A stretch of DNA of 64,000 nt from Escherichia phage vB_EcoM_PD205, in the sequence record ON922919. One strand, written 5' to 3'. The translations under genes and the position numbers were made by a program. The notes below the pieces were generated by a model. The model searched no databases. It was not told the DNA's origin and worked only from the letters and a program-made list of their open reading frames with translations. Positions 7,785 to 15,980 of the stretch are shown in pieces. Each line of letters opens with the position of its first letter. Position 1 is the first letter of the stretch.

Positions 7785-7795
7785 ATGCGGAGCAT
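7785..7795 (-). promoter_or_regulatory. degenerate N4 vRNAP-type hairpin promoter (ATGC-GGA-GCAT, 4 bp stem); predicted +1 near 7779
   Basis: Shares 11 nt core ATGCGGAGCAT with hairpin 6758..6772 but outer stem pairs are lost; 45 nt upstream of ATG 7740; predicted +1 template base C. Confidence 0.35.
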
Positions 7796-7851
7796 CGCTG
7801 ACGAACGAAGTGAGTCAAGCATGTGTAACGTGTAAGGTGGGGTAGGGTAGT

Positions 7852-7922
7852 GGCTACACCGTCAACATACCGGGGGGGCTAGTTGAGTGTAAGGGTGTAG
7901 CCCCAGCCACACCACTGTAGCC
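7852..7922. repeat. intergenic repeat cluster: GGCTACACC (7852..7860) inverted to GGTGTAGCC (7894..7902), plus second direct copy TGTAGCC (7916..7922)
   Basis: Read directly; 9 bp inverted repeat with 33 nt spacer, alternative 7 bp pairing partner 20 nt further on; flanked by GGGTAGGGTAG and a G7 run. Confidence 0.5.
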
Positions 7923-7967
7923 ATACATAACTATGCTACTTTTCATACGCAAAATATGATAGCTATC

Positions 7968-8294
7968 TTACTTATAAGCAGTTAAATAGGAGGAAGGAAT
8001 CTGGGAGAGGATGTAGTCATAGTAATAGCAATATGCTTCACTATAGGTAGAGTTTATAGGCATACCTATGTAGTCAAACACCCATAAACAGAAATGATTG
8101 AGTTCGTGGATGAGTGTATGTAAAGGTTCCTTGAAGATACCAATCAATACACGATTACCAGAGTAAGTAGTATACCCTTTACAACCTTCCAAGTCTGGCT
8201 CATACCCTTTGAGCTTCTTGTATTTCTTAATGAAGGTATCCTGGTCGAATACTACTTCTAACTGTACCGGGTAGGGTGCTGTGTTTAGTTTCAT
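7968..8294 (-). CDS. hypothetical protein with HExxH motif (possible minimal zinc metallopeptidase-like protein)
   Basis: 108 aa; LIHELNHFCLWVFDY contains HELNH; ATG start. Confidence 0.35.
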   Translation of the reverse strand: MKLNTAPYPVQLEVVFDQDTFIKKYKKLKGYEPDLEGCKGYTTYSGNRVLIGIFKEPLHTLIHELNHFCLWVFDYIGMPINSTYSEAYCYYYDYILSQIPSSYLTAYK

Positions 8295-8575
8295 TGTCTT
8301 TCCTTATAGATTGGGGTGTTATCCTCGAAGGATAGGATGTACTTGTCTGTATTAAGATGCCAAGGACTAAAGCTACCCTGCCAGGACATAGGTGTTCCTG
8401 GCTCAAGTAGATATACTTCTGCCTTCTTATTGTATAGGAAGAGTAATCCTTGTAATTCATGCAGAGACTGCTCATCTGGAACCAAGATAAGTACATCTGC
8501 GTCTAGATTAGCTATATCTTTATGACGGTAGTAGTCATCCTCAAGTACTGCTGAATAAATTTTACTGATAACCAT
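8291..8575 (-). CDS. hypothetical protein, member of tandem paralog family
   Basis: 94 aa; shared motif DADVLILVPDEQSLHELQGLLFL...VYLLEP. Confidence 0.4.
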   Translation of the reverse strand: MVISKIYSAVLEDDYYRHKDIANLDADVLILVPDEQSLHELQGLLFLYNKKAEVYLLEPGTPMSWQGSFSPWHLNTDKYILSFEDNTPIYKERQ

Positions 8576-8892
8576 TAGAGACTCTCGTCGCTAGTTAAAT
8601 ATGAGGTAGAAGGATACAGGGTAATAAGTCTACCAGTTAAGGTAGTAACTACCTTAGGTTCACTGGAGGAATAGATATACACAACTACATTCTCTGGAAC
8701 TTCAATGGAGGTATCTATTTTAATAAAGGTAATAGGTACACCCAACATGAGGCAGGTTCCGATGAACTCATCTGCTTTTTCGCATTGTTCGTAGTACATG
8801 GTCATAGGCGTGCTTATTCTAATCCAGTGAGATTTACCTACCCCCAGATTAAGGGGACTGGTACTACGATAACTCAAACCATAGAAGCGCAT
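8575..8892 (-). CDS. hypothetical protein, possible diverged member of tandem paralog family
   Basis: 105 aa; similar size and position; TAATG overlap with downstream gene. Confidence 0.35.
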   Translation of the reverse strand: MRFYGLSYRSTSPLNLGVGKSHWIRISTPMTMYYEQCEKADEFIGTCLMLGVPITFIKIDTSIEVPENVVVYIYSSSEPKVVTTLTGRLITLYPSTSYLTSDESL

Positions 8893-8895
8893 ACC

Positions 8896-9210
8896 TTACT
8901 TCCTTACATAGTAGTAACGGGATTCACCATCCTCATAGCGACAATCCCATTGGTAATCATCAGACACCATCATGTATGGGATAGGTTCCCCGGAGTTAAA
9001 GTTGGTATAGACAGATGGAGGAACAATACATACAACCTTACGGTCATTACCTGCTAAGAAGAGTTGACCCCTTACTTCATGGTAGTCCTCTAAAGTAGGA
9101 ACCAGGATTACTTGCTGGGGGTTGCTGTCCATGACTTCTTCTAAAGTGAAGTCTCCTGCATACATAGCCCCCCTTCCAGTAAAACTAGGGATGGTCATTA
9201 TGAATTTCAT
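8896..9210 (-). CDS. hypothetical protein, member of tandem paralog family
   Basis: 104 aa; PQQVILVPTLEDYHEVRGQLFL...VVCIVPPS; AAGGAGGGAG RBS upstream of ATG 9210. Confidence 0.4.
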   Translation of the reverse strand: MKFIMTIPSFTGRGAMYAGDFTLEEVMDSNPQQVILVPTLEDYHEVRGQLFLAGNDRKVVCIVPPSVYTNFNSGEPIPYMMVSDDYQWDCRYEDGESRYYYVRK

Positions 9211-9574
9211 GATTGGTTCTCCCTCCTTTAGGGATAGGTCTGAAGTAAATGGAAAGTGTTTTATTAAAGACGTTATGGTCTGCTATCATTTCCCAACCAG
9301 CTATCTTATAGAAATGTACACCAGGGAAAAATGTTTCGAAGTTTGCATACTCGGTAAGGTCATACACCTTTGGTTCAGTAAGTATCTCAGCATTAAGTTG
9401 CAGGTTGGTTAAGAAAAAAGAACCAATAATCTCGTGGGATTCGTCGCAATCAGGAAAGAATACTGATTGTCTTGGTGATAATATCTTACTTACTACCTCA
9501 GGTTCCTCAAGATAATACGGTTCTTGTTTACGGAGTACTCCAGTAATATCAATATCAAAAGCGTAGATGCTCAT
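9185..9574 (-). CDS. hypothetical protein, member of tandem paralog family
   Basis: 129 aa; ...DCDESHEIIGSFFL...AEILTEP; GGAGG RBS; preceded by terminator hairpin. Confidence 0.4.
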   Translation of the reverse strand: MSIYAFDIDITGVLRKQEPYYLEEPEVVSKILSPRQSVFFPDCDESHEIIGSFFLTNLQLNAEILTEPKVYDLTEYANFETFFPGVHFYKIAGWEMIADHNVFNKTLSIYFRPIPKGGRTNHEIHNDHP

Positions 9575-9589
9575 ATTTGCATACCTCCT

Positions 9590-9626
9590 GAAAAAGAAAT
9601 GGGGTAGAGCCTCTCGACTCTACCCC
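9590..9626 (-). terminator. rho-independent terminator (GGGGTAGAG / CTCTACCCC, 9 bp stem) with U-tract
   Basis: Hairpin 9601..9626; on minus strand followed by AUUUCUUUUU (9590..9600). Confidence 0.6.
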
Positions 9627-9774
9627 TTACCGTTTTCTATCACGGGTCAGTTCATCACCCTAGATACATGTGTATCGTTAGCCTACTAGGTAGGAAAGGA
9701 GCCGGGCAACCCTGACTGTAGAAGTTATTAACTCTTTACGAGTACCGCCACTGTCTACTAGGCGGCATGACTAA

Positions 9775-10065
9775 TCACATCATCACCGTCATCCGAACAC
9801 TGTCTTTGCTTCGCCTGACGGAGACACTATGAGGTAATTTTGTGAAGAACACAAGAGAGGAGGGGCGTTTTTCTAAAGAGTAAGTTTCTCTTGGTTCTAA
9901 GATTTTAATGCCGGGTCGATTCTCTAAAAGCATCATCCCAGCTAATTCATGGTAGGTATTTTCATCATGTGTGATGATAATGTCATCTGAAAGAATACCA
10001 GCCTTAGTGTGGTCTAGTTCTTTGTATTCATCTTTAGAGTCATGGACTCTCATATAGATTCTCAA
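9775..10065 (-). CDS. hypothetical protein, member of tandem paralog family
   Basis: 96 aa; ...SDDIIITHDENTYHELAGMMLL...IKILEP; start codon at 10065 is TTG with AAGGAG 7 nt upstream. Confidence 0.35.
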   Translation of the reverse strand: MRIYMRVHDSKDEYKELDHTKAGILSDDIIITHDENTYHELAGMMLLENRPGIKILEPRETYSLEKRPSSLVFFTKLPHSVSVRRSKDSVRMTVMM

Positions 10066-10236
10066 AGGTTACTCCTTTTGGGAATAGGGTCATCGGAACA
10101 TTACATACTATTTAGTATCATGAACTTTTTCTATATCATGACTAAAGTGTAACTGTATGGTATCGTTTCTTCAAGGGGTATATCACCCCAAGAAAAGAAT
10201 CTTCTTTAATAGACATAACTTTGTAGCGAGATAAGT

Positions 10237-10926
10237 ATGAGTGAACTAACTAAGCAGCAGATTATTAATGCCTTACCTGCTAACTTCAAAAACAGTGTGA
10301 CCCAAGAGTTAGTAGACACAATTAACAACATAACCCAAGACCAACTGGTTGCTGAGTCCTTCCGTGAAAACTTCATCTCCTACTCTGGTGTTATGAAGGA
10401 AGGTAAGTTTAAGACCCAGGACTACATGAATGCAGTTCAGTATGTGACTTACAAACATATGGGCTACTCAAATAAGGAAGCCTACTTCAAGACATTCCCT
10501 AACCGACAAGCAGAACTTGTTGCACGAGGAACCAGTGAGAAAGATATTAGTGCCTACGTATCTGCTTACCACAGGGGTAAGTTAGTTAACCTCATCATGG
10601 AACAAAGTTTGGTTCCAGTGTGGATTGTGAACCAGGACAATTATCAGAAGGCAATCAACGTTCAGGTTGAACTGATGACTACAGCAGCAAGTGAGAAAGT
10701 AAGATGTGATGCAGCTAACTCTATCCTTACTCACTTAGCTAAACCGAAAGACCAGGTAACTAATATCAACCTGGACTTGAGAGAGAACTCCGGATTGACC
10801 GACCTCAGGGCAACACTTGCTGCATTAGCTGAACAGCAGATTAATGCAATCAACAGTGGTGTACCCACCAAAGAGGTTGCTGGTTCTAAACTAGTACGTG
10901 CAGATGAGGACATTACAGATGTCTGA
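10237..10926 (+). CDS. hypothetical protein; position immediately upstream of and overlapping terminase large subunit suggests terminase small subunit
   Basis: 229 aa ORF, first gene of plus-strand late module; function inferred from synteny only. Confidence 0.4.
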   Translation: MSELTKQQIINALPANFKNSVTQELVDTINNITQDQLVAESFRENFISYSGVMKEGKFKTQDYMNAVQYVTYKHMGYSNKEAYFKTFPNRQAELVARGTSEKDISAYVSAYHRGKLVNLIMEQSLVPVWIVNQDNYQKAINVQVELMTTAASEKVRCDAANSILTHLAKPKDQVTNINLDLRENSGLTDLRATLAALAEQQINAINSGVPTKEVAGSKLVRADEDITDV

Positions 10927-12508
10927 GTTAATTAAGCAGGAACTGGATGAATGGCTAGACCAGGTGGATTACTCCCACCTTAATTCATCTAACTATGTTC
11001 CTAGTCAGTTTGCTCTTACCTTTGCCAACTTTATTAAGTTGGTTAACGGCAAAGAGGGTGAGTCCAACAAAACACCTCCAGTTCACTTGAAGATGCTGGA
11101 TAAGATGATTAGTCCGAACCAGTATGTAGTTAACCTGTGCTTCCGTGGTGCAGGTAAGACTGCTGTGTTCATGGAATACTTTACTTTGTTCCTGGCAGTG
11201 TTTGGTCACTTACCAAGTTTGGGTAAGGTAGAGGGAATGATTTACGTATCTGACTCAATGGATAACGGTGCTAAGTCTGCACGTAAGAACATCGAGTTCC
11301 GTTACAAGAATAGTGAGTTTCTTCAGCAATGGATACCTGAAGCTACTTTTACAGATAACCTGTTAGAGTTTCGTAATGTAGAAGGGCATCGACTAGGTGT
11401 TAAGCTGTTTGGTGCTAAGACAGGTCTTCGTGGTACGAAGATATATGGTAAACGTCCAACACTCTGCGTACTGGATGACTTGATTAGTGATGGTGATGCT
11501 AACTCCAAGACGAGCATGGAAGCTATTAAAGACACCGTTTATAAAGGTGTGAACCATGCTCTTGACCCTACTCGTCGTAAAGTAATCTTCAACGGTACTC
11601 CCTTTAATAAGGAAGACATTATCATTGAAGCTGTTGAGTCTGGTGCATGGGATGTCAACGTATGGCCTGTATGTGAGAAGTTCCCTTGCAGTAGAGAAGA
11701 ATTTCAGGGTGCATGGGATGACCGTTTCTCTTACGACTACATTAAAGCCCAATATGACATGGCAGTTAAGACTGGTAAGCTGGCAGGTTTCTATCAGGAA
11801 CTTATGCTCCGTATCAGTTCTGAAGATGAGAGACTGGTTCAGGATAGTGAAATTAGATGGTATAGCAGACAGCAACTATTAAGGATGAAGTCTTGCTATA
11901 ACTATTACATCACAACCGACTTTGCTACATCGGAGAAACAGACCAGTGACTACAGTGTCATATCAGTTTGGGCTTATAGTTCTAATGGAGATTGGTTCTG
12001 GGTTGATGGTGTGGCTAATCGTCAGCTTATGGATAAAAACTTTGATGACCTGTTCCGTCTGGTTCAAGAATACCAACCACAAAACGTTGGGGTCGAAATC
12101 ACAGGGCAGCAAGGTGGATTCATTTCACTCCTTCAGAAGGAAATGATTAACCGTAATGTCTTCTTTAACTTTGCATCTTCTGAGGGTGGTAAGCCAGGCA
12201 TCCGTCCTGTAACTTCTAAGCTGTCACGCTTTAACCTGGTAGTTCCATGGTTCAAAGCTGGTAAGATGTATTTCCCGGAAGAGTTGAGAGACTCAACTAT
12301 TATGGGTCTGTTCATGGGTCAGATTAAACTAGCTACCATTAATGGAATCAAAGGCAAGGATGACTGTATTGATACTATCTCCATGCTGGGTTATCTCAAT
12401 CCTTGGAAGCCGCAAGCAGGTATGACTATGGTGGATAATAAGGGTGACCCAATGTGGGATGACGAAGAAGAAGATAGTGTTAACCCACTACGTTCATACA
12501 TTGTGTGA
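10919..12508 (+). CDS. terminase large subunit
   Basis: ORF track 10898..12508; ATG 10919 preferred (GAGGA RBS, ATG overlaps upstream stop); Walker A-like LCFRGAGKTAV, Walker B-like LCVLDDLISDGD, C-terminal nuclease-like region. Confidence 0.8.
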   Translation: MSELIKQELDEWLDQVDYSHLNSSNYVPSQFALTFANFIKLVNGKEGESNKTPPVHLKMLDKMISPNQYVVNLCFRGAGKTAVFMEYFTLFLAVFGHLPSLGKVEGMIYVSDSMDNGAKSARKNIEFRYKNSEFLQQWIPEATFTDNLLEFRNVEGHRLGVKLFGAKTGLRGTKIYGKRPTLCVLDDLISDGDANSKTSMEAIKDTVYKGVNHALDPTRRKVIFNGTPFNKEDIIIEAVESGAWDVNVWPVCEKFPCSREEFQGAWDDRFSYDYIKAQYDMAVKTGKLAGFYQELMLRISSEDERLVQDSEIRWYSRQQLLRMKSCYNYYITTDFATSEKQTSDYSVISVWAYSSNGDWFWVDGVANRQLMDKNFDDLFRLVQEYQPQNVGVEITGQQGGFISLLQKEMINRNVFFNFASSEGGKPGIRPVTSKLSRFNLVVPWFKAGKMYFPEELRDSTIMGLFMGQIKLATINGIKGKDDCIDTISMLGYLNPWKPQAGMTMVDNKGDPMWDDEEEDSVNPLRSYIV

Positions 12509-12514
12509 GGAACC

Positions 12515-13225
12515 ATGCAAAAATTATCGGAAGTATATCGTGGCCTGGCACTAAGTACCTTGAAAGGTACTGGTGCAGTCACTGATGACAGATTAGATAT
12601 TGAACCAGATAGTAAGCCTGAGATATTAGCTGCTATTAATGAGGGACTGGTACGACTGCATAGTCGTTTCCCTCTTAGAACTAATAGCTGCATTGTGGAG
12701 ATGAAGGAAGGTCGCACTGATTATCCCCTTCAATCTAAGTATGCTTACTCCAGATTTACTAAGCCTACTCTTGAGATTCAATACCCGTATATCATGGATG
12801 GGTTCATGAAACCTTTCCAGGATGACGTTATTAAAATCTTAAATGTGTTTGATAACTCAGGGAATCGACGTAGACTGAACGACGATTCAGACCCCCATGC
12901 AATCTTCACCCCAAGACCGGATACTATTCAGTGTATGCGACCTCGACACTTCGAGGCACTTAACGTAACTTATCAAGCTAAGCACCCTGTACTTACGGGT
13001 GATGAAGAACAGGAAGTTGACTTAGCAGACACGCTAATGACAGCACTTCATAACTGGGTGGGTTATCGTTACCACACTGGTTTAAATACTCCGGAAGCTA
13101 ATGCTAAGGCAGCAGAGTATCTGCAAACGTATGAAAGCATCTGTGGTGAGGTTGTTGATTATGACCTGGCTAATGGAAGTATTTCAATTACCGAAACTAA
13201 ATTTGAACAACGAGGATGGCGATGA
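12515..13225 (+). CDS. hypothetical virion protein
   Basis: 236 aa; GAGGAA RBS; between terminase and tail fibre genes. Confidence 0.4.
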   Translation: MQKLSEVYRGLALSTLKGTGAVTDDRLDIEPDSKPEILAAINEGLVRLHSRFPLRTNSCIVEMKEGRTDYPLQSKYAYSRFTKPTLEIQYPYIMDGFMKPFQDDVIKILNVFDNSGNRRRLNDDSDPHAIFTPRPDTIQCMRPRHFEALNVTYQAKHPVLTGDEEQEVDLADTLMTALHNWVGYRYHTGLNTPEANAKAAEYLQTYESICGEVVDYDLANGSISITETKFEQRGWR

Positions 13226-15930
13226 ACGCACATACCCCCTTTGATGCAAATCAGGATTGGACCAATCCTTACTGCCAGAATAGTTCCAACGACCCAATGG
13301 TAGATGCACTACTTGGTAATGCTTACCATGTGGTTCGTACTGTGTACTGCAACCTAGGTAACCTTAAACTCATTTATGATTTCTTGAATAAATATGGAAT
13401 GGTGTTAGGTGTTCAATCAGAAACTGAACTGAAGGCCATGCCTACCAGTGCATCCTATGTACGACTGTATGGTTTTGATAATACCAATAAGAGAGTTGTT
13501 ACAGACTATCTGTATGTAGATGGGGATCGTACAGGTGTAATTCCGGATGACCCTTCCGCTACTGGTTCCTGGATTTTGGTTGCTACTTCTAATTCAGATA
13601 GTGGTGGAGATGATGGTGAAGGTAAAGCATCACCACCATACATTCCATACTCATATAATAATGGTTCTGCTATCGGGGGAGAAACCACTATTGCAGTACC
13701 TGTTGGTACGGTTGGCGTGCCAATGATTGTAATTGATGGCTATACCAACTTGGTTGGTTATGGTTTTACTTATGATGCATCTACACTAACTGTTACCCTG
13801 GCTCAACCATTGGAACCAGGTGATGAAGTACATCTGTTCTTGACAGGTACTCCAGCAGTTCCTGATAACCCTAATGTAACTGACTGGGTTCAGATTAACT
13901 GGTTATACAATGGTGGTTATGCTTCTGGCGGTGAACAGGTAATTCAGATTCCATACACCTTCCAATCTGTGCCTGCTATTTATAAGAATGGTGCTCGTTA
14001 TTATGCTGGTCTGGTAGAGAACTCATATACTGCTGATGCTGATAACCAACGTATTCTGTTAACTGAGCCACTGGCAACTAATGACCGTCTTATCGTTACT
14101 ATCGGCGGTGAGTCTGAGACATTGATTATGACTGACCGTACCATTCAGGAAGTGGCACGTTCAGCTAATGTTAAAGATACTGAAATTATTCTGAGTACTA
14201 ATACTACCCAGTACCTCAATGGTATGAAGGTTGTCTATGACGTAGTTGCTCAAAAGATTTATGGTCTGCCGACGTTACCGACCAATGTCTATATTAATTC
14301 TGTATCTAATGGTCAGTTAACTTACTCACCAGGAAGTATTACCGTAAACCTGTTACCTGTTCCAGGCTCCATGGAAGAATTTGAAAATAAACTAGCTTTG
14401 GATGTAGGAGCTTCTACTATTGGAACTGAGTCCGGTAAGACTGTCCAAGAAGAGTTGGATACTTTAGAAGAAACATCAACGATTCTTGCGAATAGTATCT
14501 ATAAGCCCATACCTGTTAAATATTCCCCAAATTATTCTCAGGTAATGGTGGCATCAGTTAATCCGCAAGGTCTAGCCCAGGATGCTACTTATTGGTACAT
14601 TACAGAAGATACCTCTTCTGGTGGTGCTTACACTTGTACCCTAAGTCGTATTAATAAGGTTACCAATACCAAAGAATCATTCCCAGGTACGTTTGGTACA
14701 CATGGGCAAGGCATCGGTATTCTCCCCTCTGGCGAAGTATTCATTGGAGGGGCTACTAACAGTTTTATCACAGTAATTAACTTCGCAGCAGGTACTTCTT
14801 ACCAGGTAGCCTGTACTGGTTTTATGAAAGATTTTCCTTTCTGCTATGACAGTAAAACTGATTTGATTTACCAGTTACAGGATGCTGATGGTACATCAGC
14901 TAATATTACTCGTATTGCTGTACTTAGCCGTACCGCTGGTTTTATCTCTGATAACTCTATTGACCGTAAGTTAGTCAAGCCAGGGTATCCACAAGGTATT
15001 ACTACAGATGGAAGTTTTCTGTATGTTACCTGTGGTAATTCTTGGTCTGCTGCTTCTACTGGTACATGGAATGATTACTGGGCTTGCTTTAAAGTTTCCT
15101 TGACAGGACAAGTTATAGAGCGAGCAATGTTCCGTAGAACCTCTATGGGTGTTTTGGCAGGTGGTATTACAGTTACTTCTCACGAACCACAAGCAGTATC
15201 TTGGTTTGAGGGTAAGCTGTCTTTCCTACAGTGTATTGGAAGTTCTTCAGCAACTAATGCTGTAATTTTTACTGAAGATGCTGAAGGTAGTGCAATACGT
15301 GCTGTACCAAAAAACCTTTGGGTAAGCTACTACTCCCTGGATGAACTTGGTATTAATGCTGCATCCTTAGTTGCTGGTTCTGCTCTGTCCACAATTGCAG
15401 CAGCAATGCCTGATAACTCTGATGTAACCTTCTCCCTAAGTAATGAAGCAGCATTACTTGCTGATACAGGTATTGGGTATGGTGTATGTAAGATTACTCG
15501 CGTAAATGCTAACCGAATTAATGCAGTAACTACAGAAGCCAGTTCCGGTTTAACTTCGTCGCAGGTATGTGCTGTATCATACGTTGGTATCTACGGGTCT
15601 GTGCAAAGTGCTCCTAAGCTTTTACGTGGTGTTAAACCAGTAGCACTTGCTTATGAGGGGACTACTGTTGCAACAGCACCCTCTACAATAACAGTTTCCG
15701 GTATTGCAAACTGTAATGAGTTGGTAATCCATATCACTCATACCAGTGGGACTAATCCAGTAACCCCACATAAATTCACAAGAGATGAGATTAGTTATTA
15801 CGTTACAAATGCTACAACTCTCTATCTTGGTGATGGTACTGGGTTTATGTCTTGCCAGTTTACATCTACCGGGTTATCCATTACAGGTGTCACTGGTTCT
15901 CCGATTGTTAGACGTGTTCTAACTATTTAA
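13216..15930 (+). CDS. tail fibre / appendage-like structural protein
   Basis: 904 aa; Gly/Ser/Thr-rich repetitive sequence typical of fibre proteins; alternative start ATG 13222 (GAGG RBS). Confidence 0.45.
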   Translation: MAMNAHTPFDANQDWTNPYCQNSSNDPMVDALLGNAYHVVRTVYCNLGNLKLIYDFLNKYGMVLGVQSETELKAMPTSASYVRLYGFDNTNKRVVTDYLYVDGDRTGVIPDDPSATGSWILVATSNSDSGGDDGEGKASPPYIPYSYNNGSAIGGETTIAVPVGTVGVPMIVIDGYTNLVGYGFTYDASTLTVTLAQPLEPGDEVHLFLTGTPAVPDNPNVTDWVQINWLYNGGYASGGEQVIQIPYTFQSVPAIYKNGARYYAGLVENSYTADADNQRILLTEPLATNDRLIVTIGGESETLIMTDRTIQEVARSANVKDTEIILSTNTTQYLNGMKVVYDVVAQKIYGLPTLPTNVYINSVSNGQLTYSPGSITVNLLPVPGSMEEFENKLALDVGASTIGTESGKTVQEELDTLEETSTILANSIYKPIPVKYSPNYSQVMVASVNPQGLAQDATYWYITEDTSSGGAYTCTLSRINKVTNTKESFPGTFGTHGQGIGILPSGEVFIGGATNSFITVINFAAGTSYQVACTGFMKDFPFCYDSKTDLIYQLQDADGTSANITRIAVLSRTAGFISDNSIDRKLVKPGYPQGITTDGSFLYVTCGNSWSAASTGTWNDYWACFKVSLTGQVIERAMFRRTSMGVLAGGITVTSHEPQAVSWFEGKLSFLQCIGSSSATNAVIFTEDAEGSAIRAVPKNLWVSYYSLDELGINAASLVAGSALSTIAAAMPDNSDVTFSLSNEAALLADTGIGYGVCKITRVNANRINAVTTEASSGLTSSQVCAVSYVGIYGSVQSAPKLLRGVKPVALAYEGTTVATAPSTITVSGIANCNELVIHITHTSGTNPVTPHKFTRDEISYYVTNATTLYLGDGTGFMSCQFTSTGLSITGVTGSPIVRRVLTI

Positions 15931-15938
15931 TATCAATT

Positions 15939-15954
15939 CCCCTCTTCGGAGGGG
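15939..15954 (+). terminator. terminator-like hairpin (CCCCTC-UUCG-GAGGGG) after tail fibre gene
   Basis: 6 bp stem with UUCG tetraloop 9 nt after stop; followed by AUUCUU. Confidence 0.45.
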
Positions 15955-15980
15955 GATTCTTAGAATAAAACGAGGCATAT

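Noticed and set aside
8030-8045. CACTATAGGTAGAG, resembling a T7 promoter core, inside gene 7968..8294
   Set aside because: Lies within a coding region on the non-coding strand; a single partial match is likely chance.
11393-11875. 160 aa minus-strand ORF inside the terminase large subunit gene
   Set aside because: Antisense to a gene with clear Walker motifs; no RBS, no recognisable protein features.
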